From positions 31,434,001 to 31,498,000 of the forward strand of contig NW_027361688.1 in NCBI RefSeq assembly GCF_039654945.1: a stretch of DNA of 64,000 nt, in the 5' to 3' direction. The stretch's first letter is position 1; the number at the start of each line of letters is the position of its first letter. Shown here piece by piece: positions 12,765 to 23,700 of this stretch. The DNA is from Dendrobates tinctorius (Eukaryota). The notes under the pieces are model-generated. The model ran no database searches. It saw nothing but the letters and a program-made list of their open reading frames with translations, and was not told where the DNA came from. The translations under genes were made by a program, and so were the position numbers.

Positions 12765-14212
12765 CTGTATGATAACCTTCACAGCCCCCTATATACAGTA
12801 TGATGACCTTCACAGCCTCATAGATACAGTATGATGACCCCCACAGCCCCCTATATACAGTATGATGACCCCCACAGCCCCCTATATACAGTATGATGAC
12901 CCCCACAGCCCCCTATATACAGTATGATGACCCCCCACAGCCCCTATATACAGTATGATGACCCTCCACAGCCCCTATATACAGTCTGATGACCCCCACA
13001 GCCCCTATATACAGTATGATGACCTTCACAGCCCCCTATATACAGTATGATGACCCTCATAGATACAGTATGATGACCCCCACAGCCCCCTACAGTATGA
13101 TGACCCCCCACAGCCCCCTATATACAGTATGATGACCCCCACAGCCCCTATATACAGTATGATGACCCCCACAGCCCCCTATATACAGTATGATGACCCC
13201 CACAGCCCCCTATATACAGTATGATGACCCCCACAGCCCCCTATATACAGTATGATGACCCCCCACAGCCCCTATATACAGTATGATGACCCTCCACAGC
13301 CCCTATATACAGTCTGATGACCCCCACAGCCCCTATATACAGTATGATGACCTTCACAGCCCCCTATATACAGTATGATGACCCTCATAGATACAGTATG
13401 ATGACCCCCACAGCCCCCTACAGTATGATGACCCCCCACAGCCCCCTATATACAGTATGATGACCCCCACAGCCCCTATATACAGTATGATGACCCCCAC
13501 AGCCCCCTATATACAGTATGATGACTTCTATAGCCCCCTATATACAGTATGATGACTTCCCACAGCCCCTATATACAGTATAATGACCCCCACAGCCCCC
13601 TATATACAGTATGATGACCTTCACAGCCCCCTATATACAGTATGACCTTCACAGCCTCATACAGTATGATGACCCCCACAGCCCCCTATATACAGTATGA
13701 TGACCCCCCACAGCCCCTATTACAGTATGACGACCCCCACAGCCCCCTATATACAGTATGATGACCTTCAGCCCCCTATATACAGTATGACCTTCACAGC
13801 CTCATACAGTATGATGACCCCCACAGCCCCCTATATACAGTATGATGACCCCCCACAGCCCCTATTACAGTATGACGACCCCCACAGCCCCCTATATACA
13901 GTATGATGACTTCTACAGCCCCCTATATACAGTATGATGACCTTCACAGCCCCTATATACGGTATGATGACCTTCACAGCCTCATAGATACAGTATGACG
14001 ACCCCCACAGCCCCCTATATACAGTATGACTTCTACAGCCCCGTATATACAGTATGATGACCCCCACAGCCCCTATATATAGTATGATGACCCCCACAAC
14101 CCCCTATATACAGTATGATGACCCCAGAGCCCTCTATATACAGTATGATGACCTCCACAGCCCCCTATACACAATATGATGACCTCCACAGCCCCCTATG
14201 TACAGTATGACC
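12765..14212. repeat. ~31-bp minisatellite (TATATACAGTATGATGACCCCCACAGCCCCC), ~46 copies
   Basis: Direct tandem units with C-run length variation. Confidence 0.95.
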
Positions 14213-14234
14213 CTGTGACTTGTTTGTGTGGAGA

Positions 14235-14773
14235 GAAGAAAAAGAACCACTGCAAATAGCGCACACTGAACCAGTACACTTCCCCTGATGAAGCCGCATG
14301 GGTTGCGGCGATACGCGTGGGGTATGATTGGCCATATTGCTGTTAGCTTATTATGGCCTGTGTGCCCTAACCAGTGAATATTTAGGGACACATGCATGGA
14401 ATTATTTCATGCAGTGATTGTGCAATATTAGGGCCCTTGGTCTCCATGAGCAGGTTTATGGGGTGGTTGTTGTGGTTAATTGCAGTGAGGTTGGACCACA
14501 TGGTTGATATACAGGTTATTACAGCATAATCTATAATTGTGATATGCCATACTTCACTGTTATATATTGTGGGATGCTTCATATGTTTTTATTATGTTTT
14601 TAATTGTATTGCTGCATCAATAAAACATTGTTTTTGTACTGGCTCAGTGTGCGCTATTTGCAGTGGTTCTTTTTCTTCTCTTCTCATGTTTATTATTCCA
14701 CTGTTGCTGCACCTAAACCTTCATTTATATATTTGTGATTGGTACAGTTGGTGCGCCCCATTTTTGTTATATA
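14235..14773 (+). mobile_element. 5'-truncated Penelope-like/retrozyme insert with inverted 5' segment and 15-bp TSD
   Basis: TSD TTGTTTGTGTGGAGA at 14220-14234 and 14774-14788. 14231-14278 is the inverted copy of 14635-14682. Hammerhead-like motif at 14282. Confidence 0.75.
14282..14322 (+). ncRNA. Minimal hammerhead-ribozyme-like motif with variant core (GAUA instead of GAAA)
   Basis: CCC-CTGATGA-A-GCCGCA-tgggt-TGCGGC-GATA-CGCGT-GGGG. Helix II is intact, but the core and cleavage triplet deviate. Confidence 0.5.
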
Positions 14774-15584
14774 TTGTTTGTGTGGAGATACAGCAAGGAC
14801 TAGCCACAGGTTCTGAACGACCTGAGACCATGTCCGAGGATATGATGCCACGCGTCTGACCAGAACTGGGCTACCACCTAGATACCTGCCGTTTCACCAA
14901 TAGAAATCACTTTGAACATTTGTAGTGTACAGATAAGACTCAGATCGACAGTTGTGTCTCGTTAGTAAATTTGTGATGTTGTCTCTAAATATGGACGCTT
15001 TAATTTTGCCCCATACTTTTCGAATGAACCTTTTATATATACACTTGTAATTCAAATTGTTCAGCCCCGTTTTGCAAATTAGACAAAAAAAATTCACTAA
15101 CGTCCGGCTGTTTGCAAGAAACTAAGCAAAGAAGAATTTATATGGCTCATCACAACTAACAAGTGGTTCTTCCAAATTCACCACACAATATCCCTTTCCC
15201 TTGTTACTGCAGTCTGTATTATTCAGTAGCATCTTCAGTACTTAGCAGAGCCCCTCTGGCTGTTGTAACCTGCTACTACTGTGATCCATATCCCAGCTTC
15301 TCGGAGCATTCCTGGAGAACTGTAGCACATTTCTCATGGGCAATGATATCCAGGTCACTAATATTCTTGGACTGTCAAGATAGCGGTCCCAAAAGTTAAA
15401 AGATCCTTACGGTTCCTAGAGATAGTTGGAAGCAGAATTCACAATTTCAAAGTTGCAGGAACACTCGTTACATCACCTGAAAATGGCAGAAAGAGGCAGT
15501 TGTTATCTGCGTCCATCAGATTCCTCAAAAGGCAGGTGGTCAAAAACCCACGAAAACATAGTATACATGCATATTAAATTAATA

Positions 15585-16226
15585 GTGTGCCCTCAAAGTC
15601 CAAAATAGCTAAAGTGCAAGTGGCAGTGTGCAAAAAGGAATAAAGGGTATTGCTATCAAAGGGTTACTGCCTAGGCTATTTAAATAAAGACTGTACCTAT
15701 AGTATAGGTGACTGCTGGGCTCATGCTGCTGCTGTTAAGACGTCCCTCCTGCCCGACGTACGTTTCGGAAATCCTTCTTCAGGGGGTCATACCTGGTGGG
15801 GGGACGCCTGACATTAAATACTACCGCTGCCCAATCATCATCTACTCTACCGGATCACATGCGTGCAGAGTAACCGGTAGGGGCGTGTATTTCATCCGAG
15901 TTGGCGCGCGCACAGCGTCATGTGCTTCCCCCGGTCACATGAGTCATGAAACTTCTGGTCGGTGGCCCGCAAGCCGGCCGTGCAGTCATGAAATTTGACG
16001 GCAGTGCGTGCCAGCAGGGTCTGAGTGCCGGAGGCGGTCAGAGTCAGGGGTGGTGCCCGGTGACGTGAGCGCACTGTGGATTGAAATTGTGTGGGATTTA
16101 TTGTAAGTGTAGTGGTTACACAAAACGGCACAAGATCATAAAACGGAATGTTAGGAATGGTTATATATTATAAAAGGATAAGAGATTGACTCCAAGGCGC
16201 AATTATGACACAGATATTGCCAAGGG
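15585..16226 (-). mobile_element. Penelope-like pseudo-LTR/3' UTR fragment, interrupted by a solo LTR and probably continuing at 17012-17420
   Basis: Carries a PLE-type minimal hammerhead on the minus strand. Boundaries are approximate. Confidence 0.5.
15752..15786 (-). ncRNA. Minimal hammerhead ribozyme (PLE type)
   Basis: Minus strand CCCC-CTGAAGA-A-GGA-tt-TCC-GAAA-CGTACG-TC-GGG: CUGANGA and GAAA cores, palindromic helix III, GUC triplet. Confidence 0.7.
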
Positions 16227-17011
16227 TGTTATGAATGAGTCACCGTAGGAGGCAAAAACAGAAATACTAGCTAAGTCCAGAAAACCAGAGAGGTTGGCAG
16301 CTATCGGATTGCAGACCCCTGAACCTATCAACAACAACTAGCAGTAGCCTTGGGGGGTTCCTACGGTGCCCTAGACCCCTCGATCACAGCCAGAGAACTA
16401 CAAAGCCTAAAGACAGAAAGGGAAATCTAAACTGCCCCAGAGCAGACCCCAAAGCAATAGGCAGCGCCCAACATATAATGACGGTGAAGCAAGATGAAAA
16501 TACTAACACAGATAGAAAGATAGGCTGAGCAAAGCCGGGGCCCAAGCTAACTAAATAGGACAGGATAGGAAAGCTGCTGTCTGCCATCTGCCAAAACCCT
16601 CTCAAAAACATGAGCCAACAGCTGATAGGGAAAAAAGCCCTGAAGACACTAGGCTTCAAAAAGACTATATCAGTACTCAGGTATTTTCTGAAGACAAAGT
16701 AAGGAATTCAGCTCACCCCAGCAGGGAATGGCAGAAATCCAGAAAAACAAAACCAAAACACAAATGCAAAAAGCAGAGCAGAAAACTTAGCTTTTGAGGA
16801 GCAGGAATCAGACTGGTCTCCTAGAATCCCTCAGAGAGATCACCAGCAAGGCAGAAGGGTGCGTCAGCTGCCTTATATCCAGTCAGCAATTCCCGTCACC
16901 CAGTCATTATCATCCTGCCCAGATGCTTGGTAATCAGCCTCACTACCTTCCTTCACCAGAAGAGGGAGTTCATCAGACCTCAATGGTGAAGTGGAAAATG
17001 AACTCACAACA
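16227..17011. mobile_element. Solo LTR (Gypsy-like)
   Basis: TGTTATGA … TCACAACA termini, near-duplicated flanks CAAGGG / CAAGGA, no internal region. Confidence 0.6.
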
Positions 17012-17443
17012 CAAGGAGATTTAAAAGTAAAAAATAAGTGATCTCCCGTATGGCAACAGTTAGATATTGCGCTTTCGCGAGTGACACTTCCAATGACCAA
17101 GATGGTGCTGCAATCGCCGAGGCGCAGTTGCACACACGCAAACTTTCACTTTGTTTCAAACAGTGTCTTCACTTTATGACATGCGCAGCCGATCTCTAGA
17201 GACGCCGATAGTAATGGGATATGCTTCTGACATGCGTAATTGATCCTTTGGGATGCTGGTATCAGCGCTATTAAAAATGGGGTGAGACATGTGGCATTCT
17301 GGTCGTGTACAGCTGATCACATTGCAATCAATTAAGATGCCTATGAACTGTCTGTATAGCACTGCACTGTATGCACTTTTGAATTTTACTGTATAATGTT
17401 ATGAATACCTTTTTGCGCTTTATGTATAAACGCTGGCTTCAGA

Positions 17444-17628
17444 TTCCACCAATCACAGTGCAGCCCCGCCCAGATTTTACACCAATCAGAAAGCAGATCC
17501 ACCTTGGAGAATCCAGTAGAACTGTACGAGTCATGGCCTCTGTGAGCTCATAACAGTGATGAGGTTCCACCAATCACAGTGCAGCCCCGCCCAGATATAC
17601 CGCCAGAGAGCCGCACTGGGCATAAATA
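17444..17628 (+). promoter_or_regulatory. Histone-like Pol II promoter: duplicated 32-bp CCAAT+GC-box module, extra CCAAT, TATA-like CATAAATA
   Basis: TTCCACCAATCACAGTGCAGCCCCGCCCAGAT at 17444-17475 and 17565-17596; CCAAT at 17482; CATAAATA at 17621, ~70 nt upstream of the ATG. Confidence 0.75.
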
Positions 17629-17693
17629 GCCGCCGCCTGCTCTGCTTACCCTTGGTTATTGTCTTATGCAGTAGCTATTTGTTTCTTGTGAAC

Positions 17694-18071
17694 ATGTCAG
17701 ATAGAGAAAGTCGCAGAGAGATGAGAAGGAGCCGGTCAGCCATGGCTGGCCTGATTTTTCCAGTTGGCCGCATACACCGGTTTCTGAGAAGACGTAATAA
17801 TGGCCGACCTGTCCGTGCTGATGCTGCAGTGTTCCTGGCTGCCGTGCTGGAAGATGTAGCTTGGCAGATCGTGGGCTTTGCTGGGTTAAGAGCCCAGGCA
17901 AGTGGCCGCATTATACTCCGTCATATACTGCTTGGTATACGTGGTCATGATGAGTTGGACGGACGGCTAAGAAATATCATCATCGCAGAAGCGGGCTTCA
18001 TGACAAGATACCCGTTGTTCGATCCCGCCCTTCTCGTCAATGTTGAAGTTATGCCTCCTCCAGATCCGTGA
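17694..18071 (+). CDS. Divergent, lysine-free, arginine-rich histone H2A variant (125 aa, intronless)
   Basis: H2A signatures RS..AGLIFPVGRIHRFLR, VFLAAVLE, RII.RH, IR..DEL, I.IAE.G. Uninterrupted ORF from AACATGTCA (the track's 17556 start lies upstream of the TATA-like box). Confidence 0.85.
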   Translation: MSDRESRREMRRSRSAMAGLIFPVGRIHRFLRRRNNGRPVRADAAVFLAAVLEDVAWQIVGFAGLRAQASGRIILRHILLGIRGHDELDGRLRNIIIAEAGFMTRYPLFDPALLVNVEVMPPPDP

Positions 18072-19093
18072 TTAGGGGGAAACATAGGAGCGCTCCATGG
18101 TGAGGTCGCAGTGAGGAGCACATTCCATCCCGGTTTCTTACCCGGTTTCTTACCTAGACTGCTGCTCCACTCGTTCAAGCCAACAGAACGAAGAAATCCG
18201 ATCCATTTTTGAATGTGATGCTGTGTTAATAATAATGAAATTTGTGTGCTGATTGGCTCATGACACAGAGGTGTAGAATATTCTTTAATCCCTTCCCACC
18301 CTGCTCCATATACATCAGTATCAGACTAGTGGTGCTCCGACACTCAGCACCCCAACTAATTAGCCGTTTGCGGTGCCGACATAGGTGGGATGTAAACAGT
18401 GTGTGGGAGTCGGACATGTCACACTGTGTAGTGTCTGCCGCCGGGTACTGCAGATCAGCTCCTATTACATGAGTAGTGGCTGATCTCCAGTATCTGGCAG
18501 CAGCTACTACACATCTGACGGAACGGTGATGTGCTCTGTCACTCTATTAACATCCGGATGCTACAAACAGCTAAGCGGTGGCTGTGCAAAGTGTCCAACC
18601 ACCACCCTAGCCCCATCAACGCTTCTGCAACCCAATTTGTTTTTTTAGCAGGGGACAAACAAGGTTTCCTGCCATCATCTACTATTAGGCCGAGCCATGC
18701 CAGAGCCAGTAGATAAGAGACCACATTGGTGTAGTCTCGATTTGGAGTTAATAGTAGACATGAGAGAATCAATTCACATGACCTCGGCCCAACAGTCAGG
18801 TCAGTATTCTGTGGCCGCTGGATGGCAGCCCTGTGAATAGTCTCTTGCCCGATTGCATCCATAGCTCTTCTACTGATCACCCGGGCTGGAACCACGTCAT
18901 CATATCGGCGTGATGTACAAACAACATTGTGCCAGCCCGGCTAATGAAAAGGGGAGCAGCAGATGCTGGGGGGGGGGGGGGGGTGAGAGGCAGGGCTCCC
19001 GTCCAGCGGTTACAGAATATGGACCGGTTGCAGGCTGAGGTCCTGAGCATCAATTCACCGATTTCTGTAATGAATCTTTATAGCGTGCTTATA

Positions 19094-19308
19094 CAGTGCC
19101 TTGTAAATAAATTCATACCCCACAAAATTAAATGTATTTTGTTGGGATTCTATGTGATATACCAACACACAGTAGTCAGTATTTGTGAAGTGTAAAGGAA
19201 ATGATACATGAGATTTCTAATTATTTTAAAAATATAAATCTGAAAATCTGAAGAAAAAAAAAAAATTTGGAATAGTTCACAGGGTACAAATACTTTTTCA
19301 GAGCACTG
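19094..19308. mobile_element. Short non-autonomous Tc1-type element
   Basis: TA|CAGTGCCTTG … GAGCACTG|TA termini. Confidence 0.7.
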
Positions 19309-20398
19309 TACTAAATCTGGCGCTGCTAAGAAGTTGTTAACAATTTAGTGCTGAAATCTCTAGAAGGTACAAAGTGGTCTACCGGTTCCCGGGGTTAGTG
19401 CCGCCCCATATGGAGGGAGCTCAGGAGCTGCTCTCGCGCCATACAGCACGGGTGCCAGCTGTGTTATACAGCTGCCAACCAAGTCTATTCAAAGTCAGTC
19501 AGTCATGACACCAGGTAGAAACTGGCGTAGGAGTCGCTTACGGCTTCTAGCACCTCCCCAACCACATGATCGCCCGATGACATCTAAGACTTACCGAAGA
19601 CACCCTCGTTCCCTGGCTTCATGGGAGATCAGTAATTTTATAATACTCTGCAATATTACAGTATTACATTGTATTATAAAAGTGATCTTTGGAGTGATTA
19701 AAAAAAATAGGAAAAAAGTGAAACCTATCTATAAAATAAATAGATAAAAGAATATAGAAAATTTATTTCAACCCATTTTCTTGGAACCAAGCCTATAAAA
19801 AAAAAAAGTGCAAAACATCAACATATTTGGTATCACAGCATTACTGTCCGAACTAATAAAATAATAGTTTATCTCGTTGGGTAAAGGCAGAAATGGAAAG
19901 AAGTTACATCACAGGATCTCTTTTTTTTTTTAAGCAGTTTGTCTCCAAAAAAACGGAATAAAAGATAGAACTTTATGATCTATTGATCTATGTACCCCGA
20001 AACGGTAAAAAAATGAGAGCACGTACTGCAAAAAACAAGCACTGAAGAAACACTAAAGCAACCGAAAAATGAAAAAAAGGAGGAAAAATTGAAAGCGACG
20101 AGGGGCCCAGTGGACTCTGTTGACCAAGTGCCCGCATGGCCTTGGAGTCCGCCCTGCCGGTTGTACAAGGACCATTATTTCGGCATGACAGCGGTGGTCC
20201 GAGACCCCGGACTCAGTCGCTCTGATCTTCTCGCTCAGAAAAGCATCTCTAGAAATACCGTAAGAGCACAGATATAGTGAGGTTAATGACTGGTGTTCTT
20301 CAGTTTCGGATTAGTGACCGTGTAATAAGATGGATGACAGGGGTAGTAGTGTGGGTGATACACTAGGTCAGTCATGGACTCCAGGGACAAGAACTGGG

Positions 20399-20404
20399 TT
20401 TATT
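20399..20404 (-). terminator. Candidate polyadenylation signal of ccdc69
   Basis: AATAAA on the minus strand ~135 nt after the stop codon. Confidence 0.5.
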
Positions 20405-20538
20405 GGGTTTTATAATTAAAAGTAATAAATAAAATGTCGCCTCTGATCCCGTCCGGGAGAGATGACCCTCGGATCGATAGTTCCGTATAAAACGATGCTT
20501 GAACAATTATTAGTCCGTTCTTTCCGCTGCTCTTCGGT

Positions 20539-20713
20539 CTAAGTCACCAAAACAGCCACGTCCTGTGAGGATAAAGACAAGGAGAATGGCCGGGATCCAT
20601 CTCCGCTGACCGTCCGGTACACGTGCTGCTCCTTATCGTGCTGAAGTCGCTCCCGGAGCTGTACTTCCTTCTCTAGGGCAGCTTTGGTGCTTAACAGCTC
20701 CTCTGTCATACAC
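20539..20713 (-). CDS. ccdc69: ccdc69 exon 9, coding part ([29 protein letters not shown]…VAVLVT*)
   Basis: Acceptor TTGCAG|G, phase 2; TAG stop at 20541-20539. Confidence 0.92.
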
Positions 20714-23700
20714 CTGCAACACAATGGAGATGGCGGGATTAATTCCATTATATCAGGGAGTCTGAGAATCCGGCGCACAATTCAATAGAAAGTGGAATTT
20801 TATGAGATCAGTAGCAGAAGACTGTGGGAAATCACAGCGGCAAACCACGCCATTACTGTGTGCCCTATGGTCAGGGGCGGATCGGCTGCTGTGTTACTTC
20901 TCCGGCTTTTCCTAGAGCTGCCACTAGAGGGAGCACACTGCTTACAGATGTCAAAGCACGCTTCATACTCCTTTATACGCAGTGGGTGCCAGCTGTGAAG
21001 CCCCGTCACTGGCACGGCCTAAAAGGAGATTGCTCAAGGGACAATAGTGTATTGTACCAGCGATCAAGTGATGGCAGGTTCAAGACCCCTAAAGGAGACT
21101 AACAAAGTGGTAAATTGTATACAAAAAAAAAAAATATGTTAAAATATCCTTAAACAAGCTAAAAAAATGTATATTATTCTTGCGCCTGTAAAAGTTTAGA
21201 CTTTTAAAATATCACATGAAAACCATAAACAATAAAATTACAAGACCTGCCTCACAAAAAGCAATCAAAAAGCTCTATGGATATCAAAATGGTACGAGTA
21301 AAAAGTACAGCTCAACCCCTGAAAAAACACACAGCTTTACTAATGAAAAAAATGACATGGGTCTTCAAATATGTTGGTACAAACAAAAAAATTGTAAAAC
21401 TATAACTTCGGTATTAGTTTAATCATAGGAAAGTGTTGCAAAAAAAAAAAAAAAAATCATCTTCCTGGACTGATCTTACATTTTCAAAATTCTCAATTCA
21501 CAGGTAAAATCCGAGTTCAGCGAGTGCAGATCTTCCCACTACTGAGATAGGAGATGACAGTTGGTGCTCATAAAGTTCTATGGAGAAGTGCAAATTGCAG
21601 CAGAATGTCTAGCTCCTCCCTCTCCACAGAATCTTATATGCACCAACTGTCATATCCTATCTCAGTAATGGGAATATCTGCTGTCACTGATCCACATTTT
21701 GAAAGCTCAATCCAGGAGAGGAAAGAAGAAGATTCCTGTGATCAGATATATTACAAAGTAGCTTACTTTCATATCGATTAATAACTTACGAAATAAATAT
21801 TAGTTACACTTTAATGTGTCATTTTTAGCACCAAAAAAAATCAAAACAAAATATGAAAAATACAGAGGTTTTTCTGTAACCGCACCCCACAAATATTTTT
21901 TTTTTCGCATCAATTTTATGTTAAATTAAAAAAAAAAATACAAAATAGGCCTTCATTGGGCTATGCAGATTAAAAAAAACATAAAAATGTGAGAAGAGGA
22001 TGAAAAAACTAATAAAAAAAAAAGGAGGTTATGGCAGCACAGGGTAAGTGACTATGTACATGCTACACAAATATTTTTAGGGTGCTAAAATATCTCAAAT
22101 TAAAAAGAAAAAGGAATTTTGCAACACGACCTGATTAAAAATTTTTGATCATTTTTCACGCATCTCCTATGAAAACCTAATGCATCCCTATGGTAAAAGA
22201 CAAGAAACATTCCTAGTGTAGCCTGATCCTGCAGTTTCTTGAAGCAGTAACTGACATGTTGCTATTTACCATTTGTTTGCTGTCAGTTACCATGGAAATG
22301 CATAAATCTGCACTCAGCTGTGGATGCAAAACGATAGGATTTGTTTTTTAAAGTCGTATTTTATTTTTTTTAAAAGGGAACCTGTCACATAAACAAAAAT
22401 ACACTATTAACCTGCAAATATGGGGTTAATCTTACAGGTTAGTAATGTCCTGATCCCGCTCAGGGCCACACAGAGAGCCCCACTGCCAGGGGGAAATGAG
22501 CTTTATTTCTCCCAGCAGCCTCGGCTTTTATTCCTAGGGGTGCGGCTGTGAGTCAGCGGTGGGGCATGGTTACAGCTGCTGCTCACTACATATAGAGTGG
22601 TGACTGACGCTGCACTGGCCACACCTCTATAACTGAAAGCTCCCGGCAGTGGGGCTTTCAGTGCATGCGCCGGGCATTTTCAGAACATTATTAACCTGCA
22701 GATTAATGTTTTAGTTTTAATGATTAGTGTTTTTTTTGTTGTTTTTTTTACATGACAGGTTTCCTTTAATAAATAAGTGGGAAAAAATAATAAGAAAAAA
22801 AGTTTGAGAATTTTCCACATCATAGCTCGGTTACTACAACGTTGTTGGTGCACTGAAGCAGGACAAGGACATTTCAAGTTTATCACGTGCTGACAAATTG
22901 GAGAAGTTTGTTTTTTGTCGCTTTGAATATGCAAAATTCCTGGATAAGAATCTAACAATACTGAGCGGTAATAATAATACAGAATCGGATGGCGGCTCAC
23001 ACTGCGATGGTGGAGTGCTTCTGCGTCCGTTCCTGCAGAGCTTCGTTCTCCTGCTGGAGCATCTTCTTCTTCTCCTCCAGTGCGAGGATCCTCTCCATCT
23101 GCCGACAACACGCAGAATCAGTAACATTGCCCGGAGCCACAAGAGATGGTCTCCAAAGTCCCATTTAGGTAGGATTCTCTCTTCCTGGACCTTTGGGACT
23201 GCTAGGACCCCCCACTGATCTCCAGAATGGGGAAACAACCAAGCACTGTACGTGCAAGCTTAACCACTGCTCCATCCTAACGCTTAATATCCGCAATCTT
23301 GTGGAACTGATGTGTACGGGTAGTTGCTGAGGGTACTAGTGAGGAAACCCAAATCCATCTATCATTTATAACCATAATTGCTACCGTCCCTTTAAATCGT
23401 AGGTCACCAGATTTAACAACTTAAACTGCATACATTATTAAACAAATCTTAGTCCTTACGTACTTGCTATGAAAATAGGCTGGTGTACTTACTATGAAAC
23501 TGTATGTCAGAATATTTGTTTAATTCTTTGTGAAAGTTTAAAGAGAACCTGACATCCGATCCAAGGACAGCATGTATCAGGCACCGGCTGTATGATTACA
23601 GCCATGTATGTTTCACTCTATAGCGCTGCGGTGTTTCAGAGAATAACGTACCAAATACAATTGAGAAAAAAAAAAAAAGTTTTAAAGGGGATCTGTCCTT

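Noticed and set aside
17556-17693. 46-aa N-terminal extension of the H2A ORF shown in the track
   Set aside because: It runs through the CCAAT/GC/TATA promoter; the ATG at 17694 aligns with the normal H2A start.
19380-22050. One large DNA transposon enclosing ccdc69 exon 9
   Set aside because: The AT-rich, repeat-like sequence on either side is too degenerate to show matching termini or a TSD; it more likely represents separate old fragments.
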